This document shows, piece after piece, positions 29,361 through 39,103 of a stretch of DNA of 64,000 bases. The notes under the pieces are model-generated. The model was not told the DNA's origin and did no database searches. It saw nothing but the letters and a program-made list of their open reading frames with translations. Source of the DNA: an uncultured Chitinophagales bacterium (GTDB lineage Bacteria; Bacteroidota; Bacteroidia; Chitinophagales; S012-47); assembly GCA_964413685.1 (NCBI GenBank), contig CAYPSW010000002.1, positions 29,352 through 93,351 of the forward strand, written 5' to 3'. The translations under genes were made by a program, and so were the position numbers. Within the stretch, counting starts at the first letter, position 1. Each line of letters starts with the position of its first letter.

Positions 29361-30482
29361 TTAAGAATGAATGCCGGATAGAACAACCTCCATTTCGCGA
29401 ATCAGTTTCTTTTTTTCTGATCCTGCAGCATAGATAAACCCATCCAACATAATTAATTGTCCATTATCATCCCAATAGCAATAATTAACAAAAGGGCCAC
29501 CCATGAAGGGATTGTCCAGACGCCATAGGCCGCGTGTTACGATTACTTGTTTTCCGTATAGAGAATCTATAGATTGCCAGATAGGCCTGATTATATCGGT
29601 GTACATCGAATACTCCTCACTTTTACCTTTAACCATGGCCAAAGCGGCAGAATCGCGTAATGCGATGGGATAAGCAAAAGGAATGGCATCATTCAAAGAA
29701 TCATTATTAGCGAATACAATTTGGTTAGCATAATCTTCGGTGATATCAAAACGCCTTATTAAGATATTTTCTTTTATTTCTTTTTGAATATGGTCCTGTT
29801 TATCTTTGAAGGTAGATTCTTTTTTCAGCCATGAAGCATTGTTGCTAAGCACAATAGGTAGATAACCTGAAGGAATCCGAAGTTTAATGCCTGTAAGAGC
29901 CCTTACTGAATCTTCCAGATTTTTCTGCTCTCCTGTAACAAATATAGTGGCAGATAACCTTTTGTTTTCACTTGCCTTTATTAGTTTGAAAAGGGGAGCC
30001 AATTGATAAGTCAACCGATTAATTAAGGCATGCTCATCAGGCGCGAAAAGGTAAACCACTAATTGTGGTGTAGCGTAAATGTTTTCTTTATGAATGAAAT
30101 AGAAAGTCGAATCTGAATAGACTTTTTTTAGTTGATTGCCGAGATTTTGTTTGATTTCAGTGCTTGTAGAACCTTCGTGATCAAATGAGCTGCAAAAGAT
30201 TATATTTCGATAATTGTTTAGCAAATCACCTGCTCCTTCAAACTGAGAATATTTTTTAATTCTGAGTTTAAATTTTGGCTCATATTGCGAAATGCCCTCA
30301 TACGGAGCCATAAAGAAATATATCAAGGTATCAGAGAAAGCAGTTTGTACTTGATCGTCATTCATGACGACTAAAATTTCGTCAACCGATCCCCCCGATG
30401 CAGGTAGCGACTGCTGTTTGTAGTCTTCACAGCCGAATGAAAATATACCGATAATCAGTGCAATCAAATACCATTTCTTCAT
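29361..30482 (-). CDS. Hypothetical lipoprotein (possibly DUF4837 family)
   Basis: 373 aa. Signal peptide with lipobox SFGC. No catalytic motif recognised. The family name is recalled from the Bacteroidota context, not verified. Confidence 0.55.
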   Translation of the reverse strand: MKKWYLIALIIGIFSFGCEDYKQQSLPASGGSVDEILVVMNDDQVQTAFSDTLIYFFMAPYEGISQYEPKFKLRIKKYSQFEGAGDLLNNYRNIIFCSSFDHEGSTSTEIKQNLGNQLKKVYSDSTFYFIHKENIYATPQLVVYLFAPDEHALINRLTYQLAPLFKLIKASENKRLSATIFVTGEQKNLEDSVRALTGIKLRIPSGYLPIVLSNNASWLKKESTFKDKQDHIQKEIKENILIRRFDITEDYANQIVFANNDSLNDAIPFAYPIALRDSAALAMVKGKSEEYSMYTDIIRPIWQSIDSLYGKQVIVTRGLWRLDNPFMGGPFVNYCYWDDNGQLIMLDGFIYAAGSEKKKLIREMEVVLSGIHS

Positions 30483-30484
30483 GT

Positions 30485-32104
30485 TCAGATCACAATTTTA
30501 ATAACCACGCCAGGTTTGACGGATTTAAGGTTTGTAATATTATTAATCCTTTTAAGATCTTCTACTGTATTCTTCGAGTATTTATTTGCTATATCCCAAA
30601 GCGTATCTCCAGGTTTAATAGTGTAGTACATGTATTTAACGGAAGTGGTAGACTGACTGCTTGTTGAAGAGTTTCCTGTATATCCTGAACTTGATTCCGC
30701 ACTCTGTTTTTGTTCAAAACTTAAATTATCTATTCGCTTGTACTTATCAACCCGATTGTTGCTTACATAAATGGCCAGCTTTTGGCCGACCCTGATGCTC
30801 GTTCCCCGAATATTGTTCCACCATTTCAAATCGCTGACCTTGCAATCGTACCATTCTGAAATATAGCCAAGATTATCACCAGATTTTACTGTGTAAACGA
30901 GTTTGGTTTTGTTGCTGATATCAGGTGCTGTGTAATGGGTTGAATTGCTGCTTGAGGCATGAGATGTAGAGGAGGATATTGTATTTGTTGTTGTGTTTGT
31001 CGAAGTAGCCGTTGTTTCATTATCCGCAAAACTTGCCGGTGCAGTATCTTGGTAAAGACCTGCCTTTTGATCTTCAAATACAATGATTTTATCTGCTGGT
31101 AGCACCAATGCATAAGCTTCAGTACTATAAGGAATTTGTTTGCGCTTCAGAGCGGGATTCAGAAAAATTAATTCATTCAAAGGCATATCAATGGAGTCAG
31201 CTATTCGGCTTAAAGACAGATTTCGATTTATATTAACTGTGTCTGTTTGAACAAAAAACAAATCATTTGTTACTTTTCTCAAATTGTGTTCTTCCGCGAA
31301 ATTCATTACATATGTCGCTGCAATAAATGCTGGAACATACCCACGGGTTTCTCGCGGAAGATAAGTTCTGATTTCCCAATAATCAGTTTTGCCCCCACTT
31401 CTTCTGATGGCTTTATTGACATTACCCGGTCCACTGTTGTAAGCAGCCAGCACCAGGCTCCAATTGCCATACAAATCGTATAAATCTTTTAAAAATCTGG
31501 CTGCGGCATCTGTTTCGAGGTAGGGGTCTCTTCTTTCATCAACATATGAATTAACTTTAAGACCATACATCCTTGCAGTATTATACATGAATTGCCATAA
31601 GCCTGTTGCACCAACTCGTGATACGGCAAGCGGGTTGATTGCCGATTCAATGATTGGAAGATATTTTAACTCAAGCGGAAGATTGTATTTATCGAGTGCA
31701 GCTTCAAACATTGGAAAATAGTAGTCAGATAATCCAAGCATATGCTCAACTTGCGATCTCCTCTTGTGAGTATATAAATTGATATATTGCTGAACAGTTT
31801 CATTATAAACAAGCTTTATTGGAGATGGGATTTGTTGTAATCTTTGATAGAAAATCGAATCAGGATACGTTGGTATTTCACCGGGTTCAAAATTATATTT
31901 ATTGCTTTGGCCTCCGGAAGTTTTGAATCCGGACTGATTAAAATATAAATTACTCAAACTATCGATAGCATTTAATATACTTTGGTTTGTTTCCGGTTTT
32001 GTTGTATCGTGATCGGTTTGAGCAATAGCTCCTAAGCTAAACAAAGATATTATTACTGAAATAGCCAAGAATTTTTGAGTATAATTTGTAGCTAATGTTA
32101 TCAT
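30485..32104 (-). CDS. Lytic murein transglycosylase with two LysM domains (MltD-like)
   Basis: SLT catalytic region (LPIIESAINP...GATGLWQFM) plus two C-terminal LysM repeats (YTVKSGDNLGYIS..., YTIKPGDTLWDIA...). Signal peptide present. Confidence 0.87.
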   Translation of the reverse strand: MITLATNYTQKFLAISVIISLFSLGAIAQTDHDTTKPETNQSILNAIDSLSNLYFNQSGFKTSGGQSNKYNFEPGEIPTYPDSIFYQRLQQIPSPIKLVYNETVQQYINLYTHKRRSQVEHMLGLSDYYFPMFEAALDKYNLPLELKYLPIIESAINPLAVSRVGATGLWQFMYNTARMYGLKVNSYVDERRDPYLETDAAARFLKDLYDLYGNWSLVLAAYNSGPGNVNKAIRRSGGKTDYWEIRTYLPRETRGYVPAFIAATYVMNFAEEHNLRKVTNDLFFVQTDTVNINRNLSLSRIADSIDMPLNELIFLNPALKRKQIPYSTEAYALVLPADKIIVFEDQKAGLYQDTAPASFADNETTATSTNTTTNTISSSTSHASSSNSTHYTAPDISNKTKLVYTVKSGDNLGYISEWYDCKVSDLKWWNNIRGTSIRVGQKLAIYVSNNRVDKYKRIDNLSFEQKQSAESSSGYTGNSSTSSQSTTSVKYMYYTIKPGDTLWDIANKYSKNTVEDLKRINNITNLKSVKPGVVIKIVI

Positions 32105-32172
32105 TTGAAACCAGTTTTCATTCTTATCAATATAGCAAATTCTAAAAAATGCTGATCATTCCGTTCAGGCGA

Positions 32173-33615
32173 TTATTCAACGGTATTTTTAATCTTAAAT
32201 TGCTGCATTAAATCATAAGCACATTGTAATAGTTTTTCTTCTTCGAAAGCAGCACTCATCAATTGCAGTCCGAAAGGCATTTTATTTGAGTGTTTTCCAA
32301 GTGGAAGCGAGATAGCCGGAATACCTGCCAAATTTGCCTGTACGGTAAAAATGTCGGTCAGATACATGGCAATTGGGTTATCAGATTTCTCTCCAATTTT
32401 GAAAGCAGTACTTGCTGCCACTGGGGCAATTAAAAAATCATATTCATTAAACAAAGCTTTTGTTTTCTCACTAATTAAGCGCCTGACCTGCTGAGCTTTT
32501 GAATAATAAGCTTCGTAATAGCCAGCACTAAGAACAAAGGTTCCTAGCATTATTCGTCTTTTTACTTCATCATTAAAACCCTCCGTTCGAGACATTTTAT
32601 ATACATCGTCCATGCTTTTAGCTTTCGGATTTCTGTATCCGAAATGAACGCCATCATATCGAGCTAAATTTGATGATGCTTCAGCAGTAGTCAGGATATA
32701 ATAAGCAGGCACCATGGAATCCAGATAGGGCATGTTAATTTCATCAACCTGATTTCCCTGATTTTTCAATGATTGGCAAATAGCATTAATTCTGTTTCTT
32801 ATCTCCGTATCCAAGTTATCGGCTTCCATGCAATCGGTGATGAGTCCGAAACGGTATTTCTTTTTAGACTCACTTTCAATATTATGTACTATGGGCATAT
32901 CTACGGAAGTACTGTCAAATTCGTCAAGTCCGGAAATGACTTGATAAATTTTCGAACAATCATCTATATTTTGACTTAAAATTCCGATTTGATCAAATGA
33001 TGAGGCATAGGCTAATAGCCCATACCGGGACACCCGTCCATAACTTGGTTTTAATCCAACCACGCCACAAAAAGAGGCAGGCAACCTGACAGAACCTCCC
33101 GTGTCGCTTCCAAGAGCTGCGAGACACATGCCTGCCTGAACAGCTACTGCTGATCCACCGGAAGAACCTCCACTTACCCGGTTTGTATCAAGTGCATTGA
33201 GAACCGGCCCATAGGTAGAATTTTCATTACTCGATCCCATAGCAAACTCATCGCAATTCAGTCGTCCAATTATGATTGCTCCGGCATCAATTAATCGCTG
33301 AACAGCCGTTGCCGTGTATTCGGATGTAAATGATTCCAGTATTTTGGAGGAAGCAGAAACCTTGTGATTTTTGTAGCATAAGACATCCTTTATCCCAATT
33401 ACTGCTCCGCTAAGTGGTGTAAGATTTCCCTCAGTTACTTGCCGGTCAATTTCATCAGCTTTTTCTAATGCTTCCTGACGATATACTTCAATAAAGGCAT
33501 TTAGATGTGTCTGTTGGTCTATGCGATCAAGGTAATGCTGCACAAGTTTTTTCATATCGAAATCACCTGTTCGCAAGCCTTTCTGAATGTCGGAAAGACA
33601 TTTGTACTTATTCAA
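32173..33615 (-). CDS. gatA: Glutamyl-tRNA(Gln)/aspartyl-tRNA(Asn) amidotransferase subunit A
   Basis: 480 aa. Amidase signature GGSSGGSAVAV...GSDTGGSVR. Confidence 0.95.
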   Translation of the reverse strand: MNKYKCLSDIQKGLRTGDFDMKKLVQHYLDRIDQQTHLNAFIEVYRQEALEKADEIDRQVTEGNLTPLSGAVIGIKDVLCYKNHKVSASSKILESFTSEYTATAVQRLIDAGAIIIGRLNCDEFAMGSSNENSTYGPVLNALDTNRVSGGSSGGSAVAVQAGMCLAALGSDTGGSVRLPASFCGVVGLKPSYGRVSRYGLLAYASSFDQIGILSQNIDDCSKIYQVISGLDEFDSTSVDMPIVHNIESESKKKYRFGLITDCMEADNLDTEIRNRINAICQSLKNQGNQVDEINMPYLDSMVPAYYILTTAEASSNLARYDGVHFGYRNPKAKSMDDVYKMSRTEGFNDEVKRRIMLGTFVLSAGYYEAYYSKAQQVRRLISEKTKALFNEYDFLIAPVAASTAFKIGEKSDNPIAMYLTDIFTVQANLAGIPAISLPLGKHSNKMPFGLQLMSAAFEEEKLLQCAYDLMQQFKIKNTVE

Positions 33616-33645
33616 AATTGCAGGTATTTGGGTGTTGAAAATGTC

Positions 33646-33876
33646 TTATTTGCCTTCCTTATCGAGTTCTTTTTTAGACTCAGGTTTCTGATCTTTCATG
33701 CCATCTTTTATTTCTTCTTCAATATTGGCACGTGCGCTGTTAAATTCACGAATACCTTTACCAAGGCCTCGCATTAATTCAGGAATTTTTCGCCCACCGA
33801 ATAATAAAAGAATAGCAAATAAGATAATAATCCATTCACTACCACCGGGTAAACCTATCAGAAAAATGGGATTCAT
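33646..33876 (-). CDS. tatA: Twin-arginine translocase subunit TatA/E
   Basis: 76 aa. N-terminal TM segment, then an FGGRKIPELMRGLGKGIREF amphipathic helix and a charged tail. Confidence 0.88.
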   Translation of the reverse strand: MNPIFLIGLPGGSEWIIILFAILLLFGGRKIPELMRGLGKGIREFNSARANIEEEIKDGMKDQKPESKKELDKEGK

Positions 33877-33929
33877 TGTAAGATTGTTTAGACTGTAAAA
33901 TTACGGTTAATCTCTTAATATTAATAACC

Positions 33930-35156
33930 TTAGCGGCTAATCCAAAGCGAAGGATTAAGCAGGTTTTGACTTTGCCATATTTCGAGATGAACCTCTGACC
34001 TATTAGTATTAGGATTGAAATATGCTTTGCCCAATATCTGCTTCGTTTCAACTTGCTGGCCCTCTGTTACACTCACCTGATCTAGCATAGTATATACAGT
34101 AAAATAATTGCCATGCGAAATGATTATTCCATTTTGGAATACCGGGCTATAGAAAATGCTTGCAACCGTGCCATTGAAAATGGCCCTGATGTCTGCGTTT
34201 TTTGTGGTAGCAATGTCAATACCATTATTATTTTCATAGACTGGTGGGTTGCGTAAAATAGGATGCAGTTTTTTACCAAAGCCGCGTATAATCGATCCGT
34301 GAGAAACAGGCCATGGTAATTTGCCTTTATTATTTGTAAAATCAGAACTTAGTTTTCGGGCTTCAGGTGTTAAGGAAAAACTTGATGAACTGCCGGATGT
34401 ATTGGCTTTGGCACGGGCTTCAGCAATTAAATTTGATATTTGTGTTTTTAATTGACTCCGCGCAAATTCTTTTTTTCGGATTTCTGCCAAATACTTTTGT
34501 TCTTCACTTTTATAGGCATCTACTTTATTGTCAAGAGTCTGCTTTTCATTGCCTAAAGCTTTCTTCTGATTCCATTCAGCATTAAGTAAATTTTGCTTTA
34601 CTTTTTTATTTTCCTCAAGCCTTACAAGTTCTTGCTCCAGATTTTCCTGTGTTTTTACTATTAATTGGGCCTGACTTTTTCTGAAATCAGAAAATTGCCT
34701 GAGATAATTAACTCGCTTATAAGCTTGATTGAAGTTATCTGAGGCAAATACAAAAAGCATTCGCTTATAGCTGTTTTGGCTTGTATAGGTTTTGTAAACT
34801 AATGAAGCATAGTTTTTTTTCAGTAAATCAATATCCTTCTTCATTGAAGAAATGAGGTTTTTTGTATCAAGTATATCTATTTGAGTCAGATTTATTTGTT
34901 GTTTGTAATTTTCAATAATTGCTTGTCTGACCTCTATTTGTTGATTCAAAGCCTCCAATTCTGACAAGGAATGATTTTTCTTTTCTGCAATTTCTGCAAT
35001 CTGTTGCTTTGTGAGCTTAATCTCTTCCTCAAGTTGTGCTTGTTCTTTTTTTAGTTTATCTAAATCAGGGTTTTGTCCAAGACTCGTTATTTGACTAATC
35101 AGAAGACAAAGCATCAACAAAAAGCTTATTTTAAAATACTTTTTCATAGTTGGCAT
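33930..35156 (-). CDS. M23-family peptidase with N-terminal coiled coil (EnvC-like)
   Basis: Signal peptide and a long Q/E/K-rich coiled coil. C-terminal LytM/M23 domain (NNGIDIAT..., ISHGNYFTVY, HLEIW). An alternative ATG lies at 35147. Confidence 0.86.
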   Translation of the reverse strand: MPTMKKYFKISFLLMLCLLISQITSLGQNPDLDKLKKEQAQLEEEIKLTKQQIAEIAEKKNHSLSELEALNQQIEVRQAIIENYKQQINLTQIDILDTKNLISSMKKDIDLLKKNYASLVYKTYTSQNSYKRMLFVFASDNFNQAYKRVNYLRQFSDFRKSQAQLIVKTQENLEQELVRLEENKKVKQNLLNAEWNQKKALGNEKQTLDNKVDAYKSEEQKYLAEIRKKEFARSQLKTQISNLIAEARAKANTSGSSSSFSLTPEARKLSSDFTNNKGKLPWPVSHGSIIRGFGKKLHPILRNPPVYENNNGIDIATTKNADIRAIFNGTVASIFYSPVFQNGIIISHGNYFTVYTMLDQVSVTEGQQVETKQILGKAYFNPNTNRSEVHLEIWQSQNLLNPSLWISR

Positions 35157-35886
35157 TTGCTTTAAACGGATATCTTAACTGTTGATTGAACTTGACTTTT
35201 GAAATATCAATCGTAGCGTTGGCATTAGCTTCACCGGAAATAATCAATTGTCTGAAGGTTGAAAAAAGCTTATCATCAAAATTATCATATTCGGAATAGT
35301 CCATCACTAATTGTCGCTTGTAACGAATGTCTAGGAGTGTAACACGGTTTATTAAGAATGTTTCCTTATCAATAAGTGTGTGAATTAACAAAGTACTGTC
35401 TTCAGATTTAAGTGTAAATTCATTCGTTGAAATCAGACTGCTCATTTCTTTATCATTATCATTAATCAATCTACCGACAAATATGGATTGGAAAATATGA
35501 TAGTTAAGGGGGGTTCCGGTAATATCTCCCACATAAGAAATGGGCTTCAGGTAATATTTCTTGTTGATTTTGTCTAAAAGTTTAACACTGTCGGGAGTCA
35601 TCACAAGTCGCAATACCTCAAAGCCAAAAGTTGCGGTAACTGATATCCAAATAACGCTGTCTTTTCTTATTCGGATATTTGCTTTCAGATTTTTGGTGCT
35701 TCCAGATTGTGTCCATACTATTTTCGCTCGGTTGCTTAATGATTCAAAATCAGGTGTTCTTTGTTTGGCCTGACTGATAATTTGTTTAGTGCCGGGTTGA
35801 TGATATGATTGAATGGTGAGTTGCAATCGTTTGCATCCCGGCAGGATAATGAGACTAATAAGCAATATGGAAAATAGCCTATTCAT
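35131..35886 (-). CDS. Lipoprotein, DUF4292 / LolB-like
   Basis: 251 aa with lipobox LPGC and beta-rich sequence. It sits between a TPR lipoprotein and an M23 peptidase, as is typical for DUF4292 in Bacteroidota (recalled, not verified). Confidence 0.55.
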   Translation of the reverse strand: MNRLFSILLISLIILPGCKRLQLTIQSYHQPGTKQIISQAKQRTPDFESLSNRAKIVWTQSGSTKNLKANIRIRKDSVIWISVTATFGFEVLRLVMTPDSVKLLDKINKKYYLKPISYVGDITGTPLNYHIFQSIFVGRLINDNDKEMSSLISTNEFTLKSEDSTLLIHTLIDKETFLINRVTLLDIRYKRQLVMDYSEYDNFDDKLFSTFRQLIISGEANANATIDISKVKFNQQLRYPFKANANYEKVF

Positions 35887-37621
35887 CAGCTAGTCCATTT
35901 GTAATTTTTGTACTGATTATTGTATTATCTGGATCTTTTTTAAGGGCTTTTTCCCAATATTCTCGAGCTTCATCTTGTTTTCCTAACCGATACAATACAT
36001 CTCCGTAATGATTATAAATTTCGCTGCTATTAGCTCCGTGAAGCATAGCCTTTGAAATCCAGACTTCGGCTTCAGGGTAATTCTTTCGTTCAAATAGGAT
36101 CCATCCATAAGTGTCTTCAAACGCTGAATTATTAGGCATAATTGTTACTGCCTTTTTTATCATCGAAAGGGCTTTGTCAAGTTGATCTTTTCGAAGAGAC
36201 AAATAGTAAGCGTAATTATTGAGCACGTAAACATTTTTCGGATTAATCAGTAAGCTTTGCTCAAAACAGCTGTCTGAATTCACGTAATCTTTGAGCTCAT
36301 TGTATGAATCTCCCAGATTAGACCATGCTTCAGAAATCAGCAAATGATTTGGATTGCCTAGCAAAATAACTTGCTTCATACTATTTATTGCTTCTTGAAA
36401 TTGTTTTTTCTGGCTCAGTGCAACTCCATTGAAAAAATAGGCTGCTGATTGATTTGGAAAAAGATCAAGAGCGCGATTAGTAGTAGCTAAAAGTGAATCG
36501 AATTGTTGTAAATCAGAGTAAATAAAAAAAGCTTGTTGCCAAACAGAAAATATTGAATTATCAAGCTGAATAGATCTTTTATAATTGGCCAATGCAAGTT
36601 CGGTTGAATCAGCTTGATAGAGCAAATCGCCATACATAGCCCATGCTTTGGATTCTTCCGGATGAGTTCTTATTAAAATCCGCCCAAGTTTAAATTGTTC
36701 ATTTGCAAATAAGGGATCATGATCTTGTAATGAAAGATGTCCGAACAAATAGTTAACCTTTTGATCAACATCAAAATCAGTAAGCCTGAATACCTTTTCT
36801 ATGTATTGATTGTATTTATCCCGGTTTTCTTCTTGTCTGTAATACTCTGCTAAAGCGAGGTTGGCTTGCGGATCATTTTCATTTTGTTTCAAAATATCTT
36901 CAAAAACCTGAAGGGCTTTTCCTTCCATTCCGTTGGCATTGTAGAGCTGTGCTAACATTACTTTATACCTAATTTCTTTGGGAAATGCGTTTACCAGTCT
37001 TTCTATTTCCTTAATCGCATTATCTAATTGATCGGCCTTCAGATAAAGTTTTTTCTTCTCTACACTTAGTTGCTCGCTTATTCCAATTTCCTTTTCAATT
37101 TTGTCCATTACCTTAATGGCTTGTAAGGGTTTATTTGCGTTGTCATATAGGTAGGTAAGATAAAACTGATCGCCCAGACTACTTTCATCTAAAGAAGTGA
37201 CATTATTAAATACATCAATAGCTTCGTCATAGCGTGATAGCCCTGATAGAATTTTACCGAATAATCTTAAGTACCAAATATTATCCGATTGTAACTTTGT
37301 CGCCTTTTCTGCTTTAATTACGGCATCTTGAAGCATACCGCTATCATAATAAATTTGAGCTAATTGATAAAGTGCAGCATCATTATCTGGATTTGCTTTC
37401 AGAACCTTTTTAAACAATTGTACTGCCCCATCATAATCACCCAAAACTTTAGCCTTCATGGCATCATGGAAATTATTTTGTTCCTGAAGTCCTAGCTTTT
37501 CGCCAACCTGATAATAGCTTTGTGATTTTCCCAGGTTACGACTACCCTTGCAAGCTTGCATACTTAAAATAGCGAATATGCCCAGTAGTAAAATCTGATA
37601 TTTCTTTCCTGCTTTACTCAT
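35879..37621 (-). CDS. Tetratricopeptide-repeat lipoprotein
   Basis: 580 aa with lipobox SMQAC and more than 10 TPR-like repeats. Confidence 0.78.
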   Translation of the reverse strand: MSKAGKKYQILLLGIFAILSMQACKGSRNLGKSQSYYQVGEKLGLQEQNNFHDAMKAKVLGDYDGAVQLFKKVLKANPDNDAALYQLAQIYYDSGMLQDAVIKAEKATKLQSDNIWYLRLFGKILSGLSRYDEAIDVFNNVTSLDESSLGDQFYLTYLYDNANKPLQAIKVMDKIEKEIGISEQLSVEKKKLYLKADQLDNAIKEIERLVNAFPKEIRYKVMLAQLYNANGMEGKALQVFEDILKQNENDPQANLALAEYYRQEENRDKYNQYIEKVFRLTDFDVDQKVNYLFGHLSLQDHDPLFANEQFKLGRILIRTHPEESKAWAMYGDLLYQADSTELALANYKRSIQLDNSIFSVWQQAFFIYSDLQQFDSLLATTNRALDLFPNQSAAYFFNGVALSQKKQFQEAINSMKQVILLGNPNHLLISEAWSNLGDSYNELKDYVNSDSCFEQSLLINPKNVYVLNNYAYYLSLRKDQLDKALSMIKKAVTIMPNNSAFEDTYGWILFERKNYPEAEVWISKAMLHGANSSEIYNHYGDVLYRLGKQDEAREYWEKALKKDPDNTIISTKITNGLADE

Positions 37622-38629
37622 TTAATATTTTGTTTTGGTATTCGCACCAAGGCTTAATTCGTCCATTATTCCGCTCAAACTTACCTGTTGGCTTAACATC
37701 GACTGATTGAGTAATTTGTTATTGATAGTACAACCTTTCATAATTAAAGAATCGCGGATTACAGAATTATTAATTTTTGAATTTTCTTCAATGGAGACAT
37801 AAGGACCGATTACAGAATTTTCAATTTGTACCCCACTTGCTATAAAGCATGGCGGGATGATGACAGATTGATTAATTGTTGCTTGATTAGATTGCATTTC
37901 AGGATCGTTTCCATATAATTCCAGTAATTTCCGGTTGGTATTAAGGACAGCATTTTTGTTACCACAATCAAGCCATAAATCAACATTTTCTGCATAAAGA
38001 TGCTGTCCGTCATTCATCATATTTTGCATAGCAGATGTAATCTGATACTCTCCTTTTTCTCGAATATCGTGGTCAATCAAATACTGTAATCTGTTTTTCA
38101 ATGATAATCCATCATTAAAGAAATAGATGCCAATTACTGCCAGATCACTTTCAGGTTTTTCAGGTTTTTCAACCAATTCTCTAATAATTCTCTTGCCATC
38201 GAGTTTCACAATGCCAAATTGGCTTGGGTCATCAACTTTGTTCACCCAAATAATGCCGTCTTTCTGCGTATCAATTTTAAAATCGGCCTTGAACAGTGTA
38301 TCAGCAAAGGCAATAATAACATGATCTTTTATAGATGCCCCTGCACATAATATTGCATGGGCAGTTCCCAATGCTTCATTTTGGTGATATATTTTCCCTT
38401 TACTTCCATTGAGCTTTGCAATTTCAAGCAAGCGTTTTTTTACAGTATCATCAAAGTCGCCAATGATATAGGCAATTTCCTCAACCGGTTCGCTTATCAT
38501 ACAAATAATTTGCTCTACTAACCATTGCACAATGGGTTTGCCAGCTACAGGAATCAACGGTTTTGGAGTGCTTAGAGTATGGGGCCGAAGTCTGCTTCCT
38601 TGGCCGGCCATTGGTATTATGATGCGCAT
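37622..38629 (-). CDS. Sugar-phosphate nucleotidyltransferase with C-terminal left-handed beta-helix
   Basis: N-terminal PMAGQGSRLRP...KPL motif (GxGxR NTP-transferase) and a C-terminal hexapeptide-repeat-like region. 335 aa. Confidence 0.82.
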   Translation of the reverse strand: MRIIIPMAGQGSRLRPHTLSTPKPLIPVAGKPIVQWLVEQIICMISEPVEEIAYIIGDFDDTVKKRLLEIAKLNGSKGKIYHQNEALGTAHAILCAGASIKDHVIIAFADTLFKADFKIDTQKDGIIWVNKVDDPSQFGIVKLDGKRIIRELVEKPEKPESDLAVIGIYFFNDGLSLKNRLQYLIDHDIREKGEYQITSAMQNMMNDGQHLYAENVDLWLDCGNKNAVLNTNRKLLELYGNDPEMQSNQATINQSVIIPPCFIASGVQIENSVIGPYVSIEENSKINNSVIRDSLIMKGCTINNKLLNQSMLSQQVSLSGIMDELSLGANTKTKY

Positions 38630-38650
38630 AGCTGTAAAAGTTGATTATTG

Positions 38651-39085
38651 TTAATGTGTTCCGGTATGACCGAAACCACCGGCACCACGTTCAGTTTCAT
38701 CAAGAATTTCAACGGTTTCCCATTCCACTGTGTTGTATTTTGCTATAATCATCTGAGCAATACGATCACCAGGTTCAATGGTTTGAACATCTCTCGATAA
38801 ATTAACCATAATGATTTTGATTTCTCCGCGATAATCTGAATCAATAGTGCCAGGAGTATTTGCTAATGTGAGACCCTTTTTATACGCTAAACCACTCCGT
38901 GGTCTTATTTGCGCTTCAAAACCTTCCGGTAATTCAATAAATAAACCGGTAGGTATTAAGGCTCTTTCAAGCGATTTTAAATTTATGGGTTCCGAAAGGT
39001 TTGCACGTAAATCCATTCCGGCACTTCCACTTGTTTCATAGTGTGGTATCGGATTAGCTGATTGATTTTTTATCCTGACTTTCAT
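38651..39085 (-). CDS. dut: dUTP diphosphatase
   Basis: 144 aa. Contains the motifs [19 protein letters not shown] and GGFGHTG. Confidence 0.96.
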   Translation of the reverse strand: MKVRIKNQSANPIPHYETSGSAGMDLRANLSEPINLKSLERALIPTGLFIELPEGFEAQIRPRSGLAYKKGLTLANTPGTIDSDYRGEIKIIMVNLSRDVQTIEPGDRIAQMIIAKYNTVEWETVEILDETERGAGGFGHTGTH

Positions 39086-39103
39086 TTCGCTGTAAAATTA
39101 ATA

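Noticed and set aside
33839-34051. 70-aa ORF overlapping the 3' end of the M23 peptidase gene; also the 66-aa (33698-33898) and 90-aa (33505-33777) ORFs around tatA
   Set aside because: They overlap well-supported genes (the M23 peptidase gene, tatA, gatA) in other frames or strands, and they have no signal or motif support.
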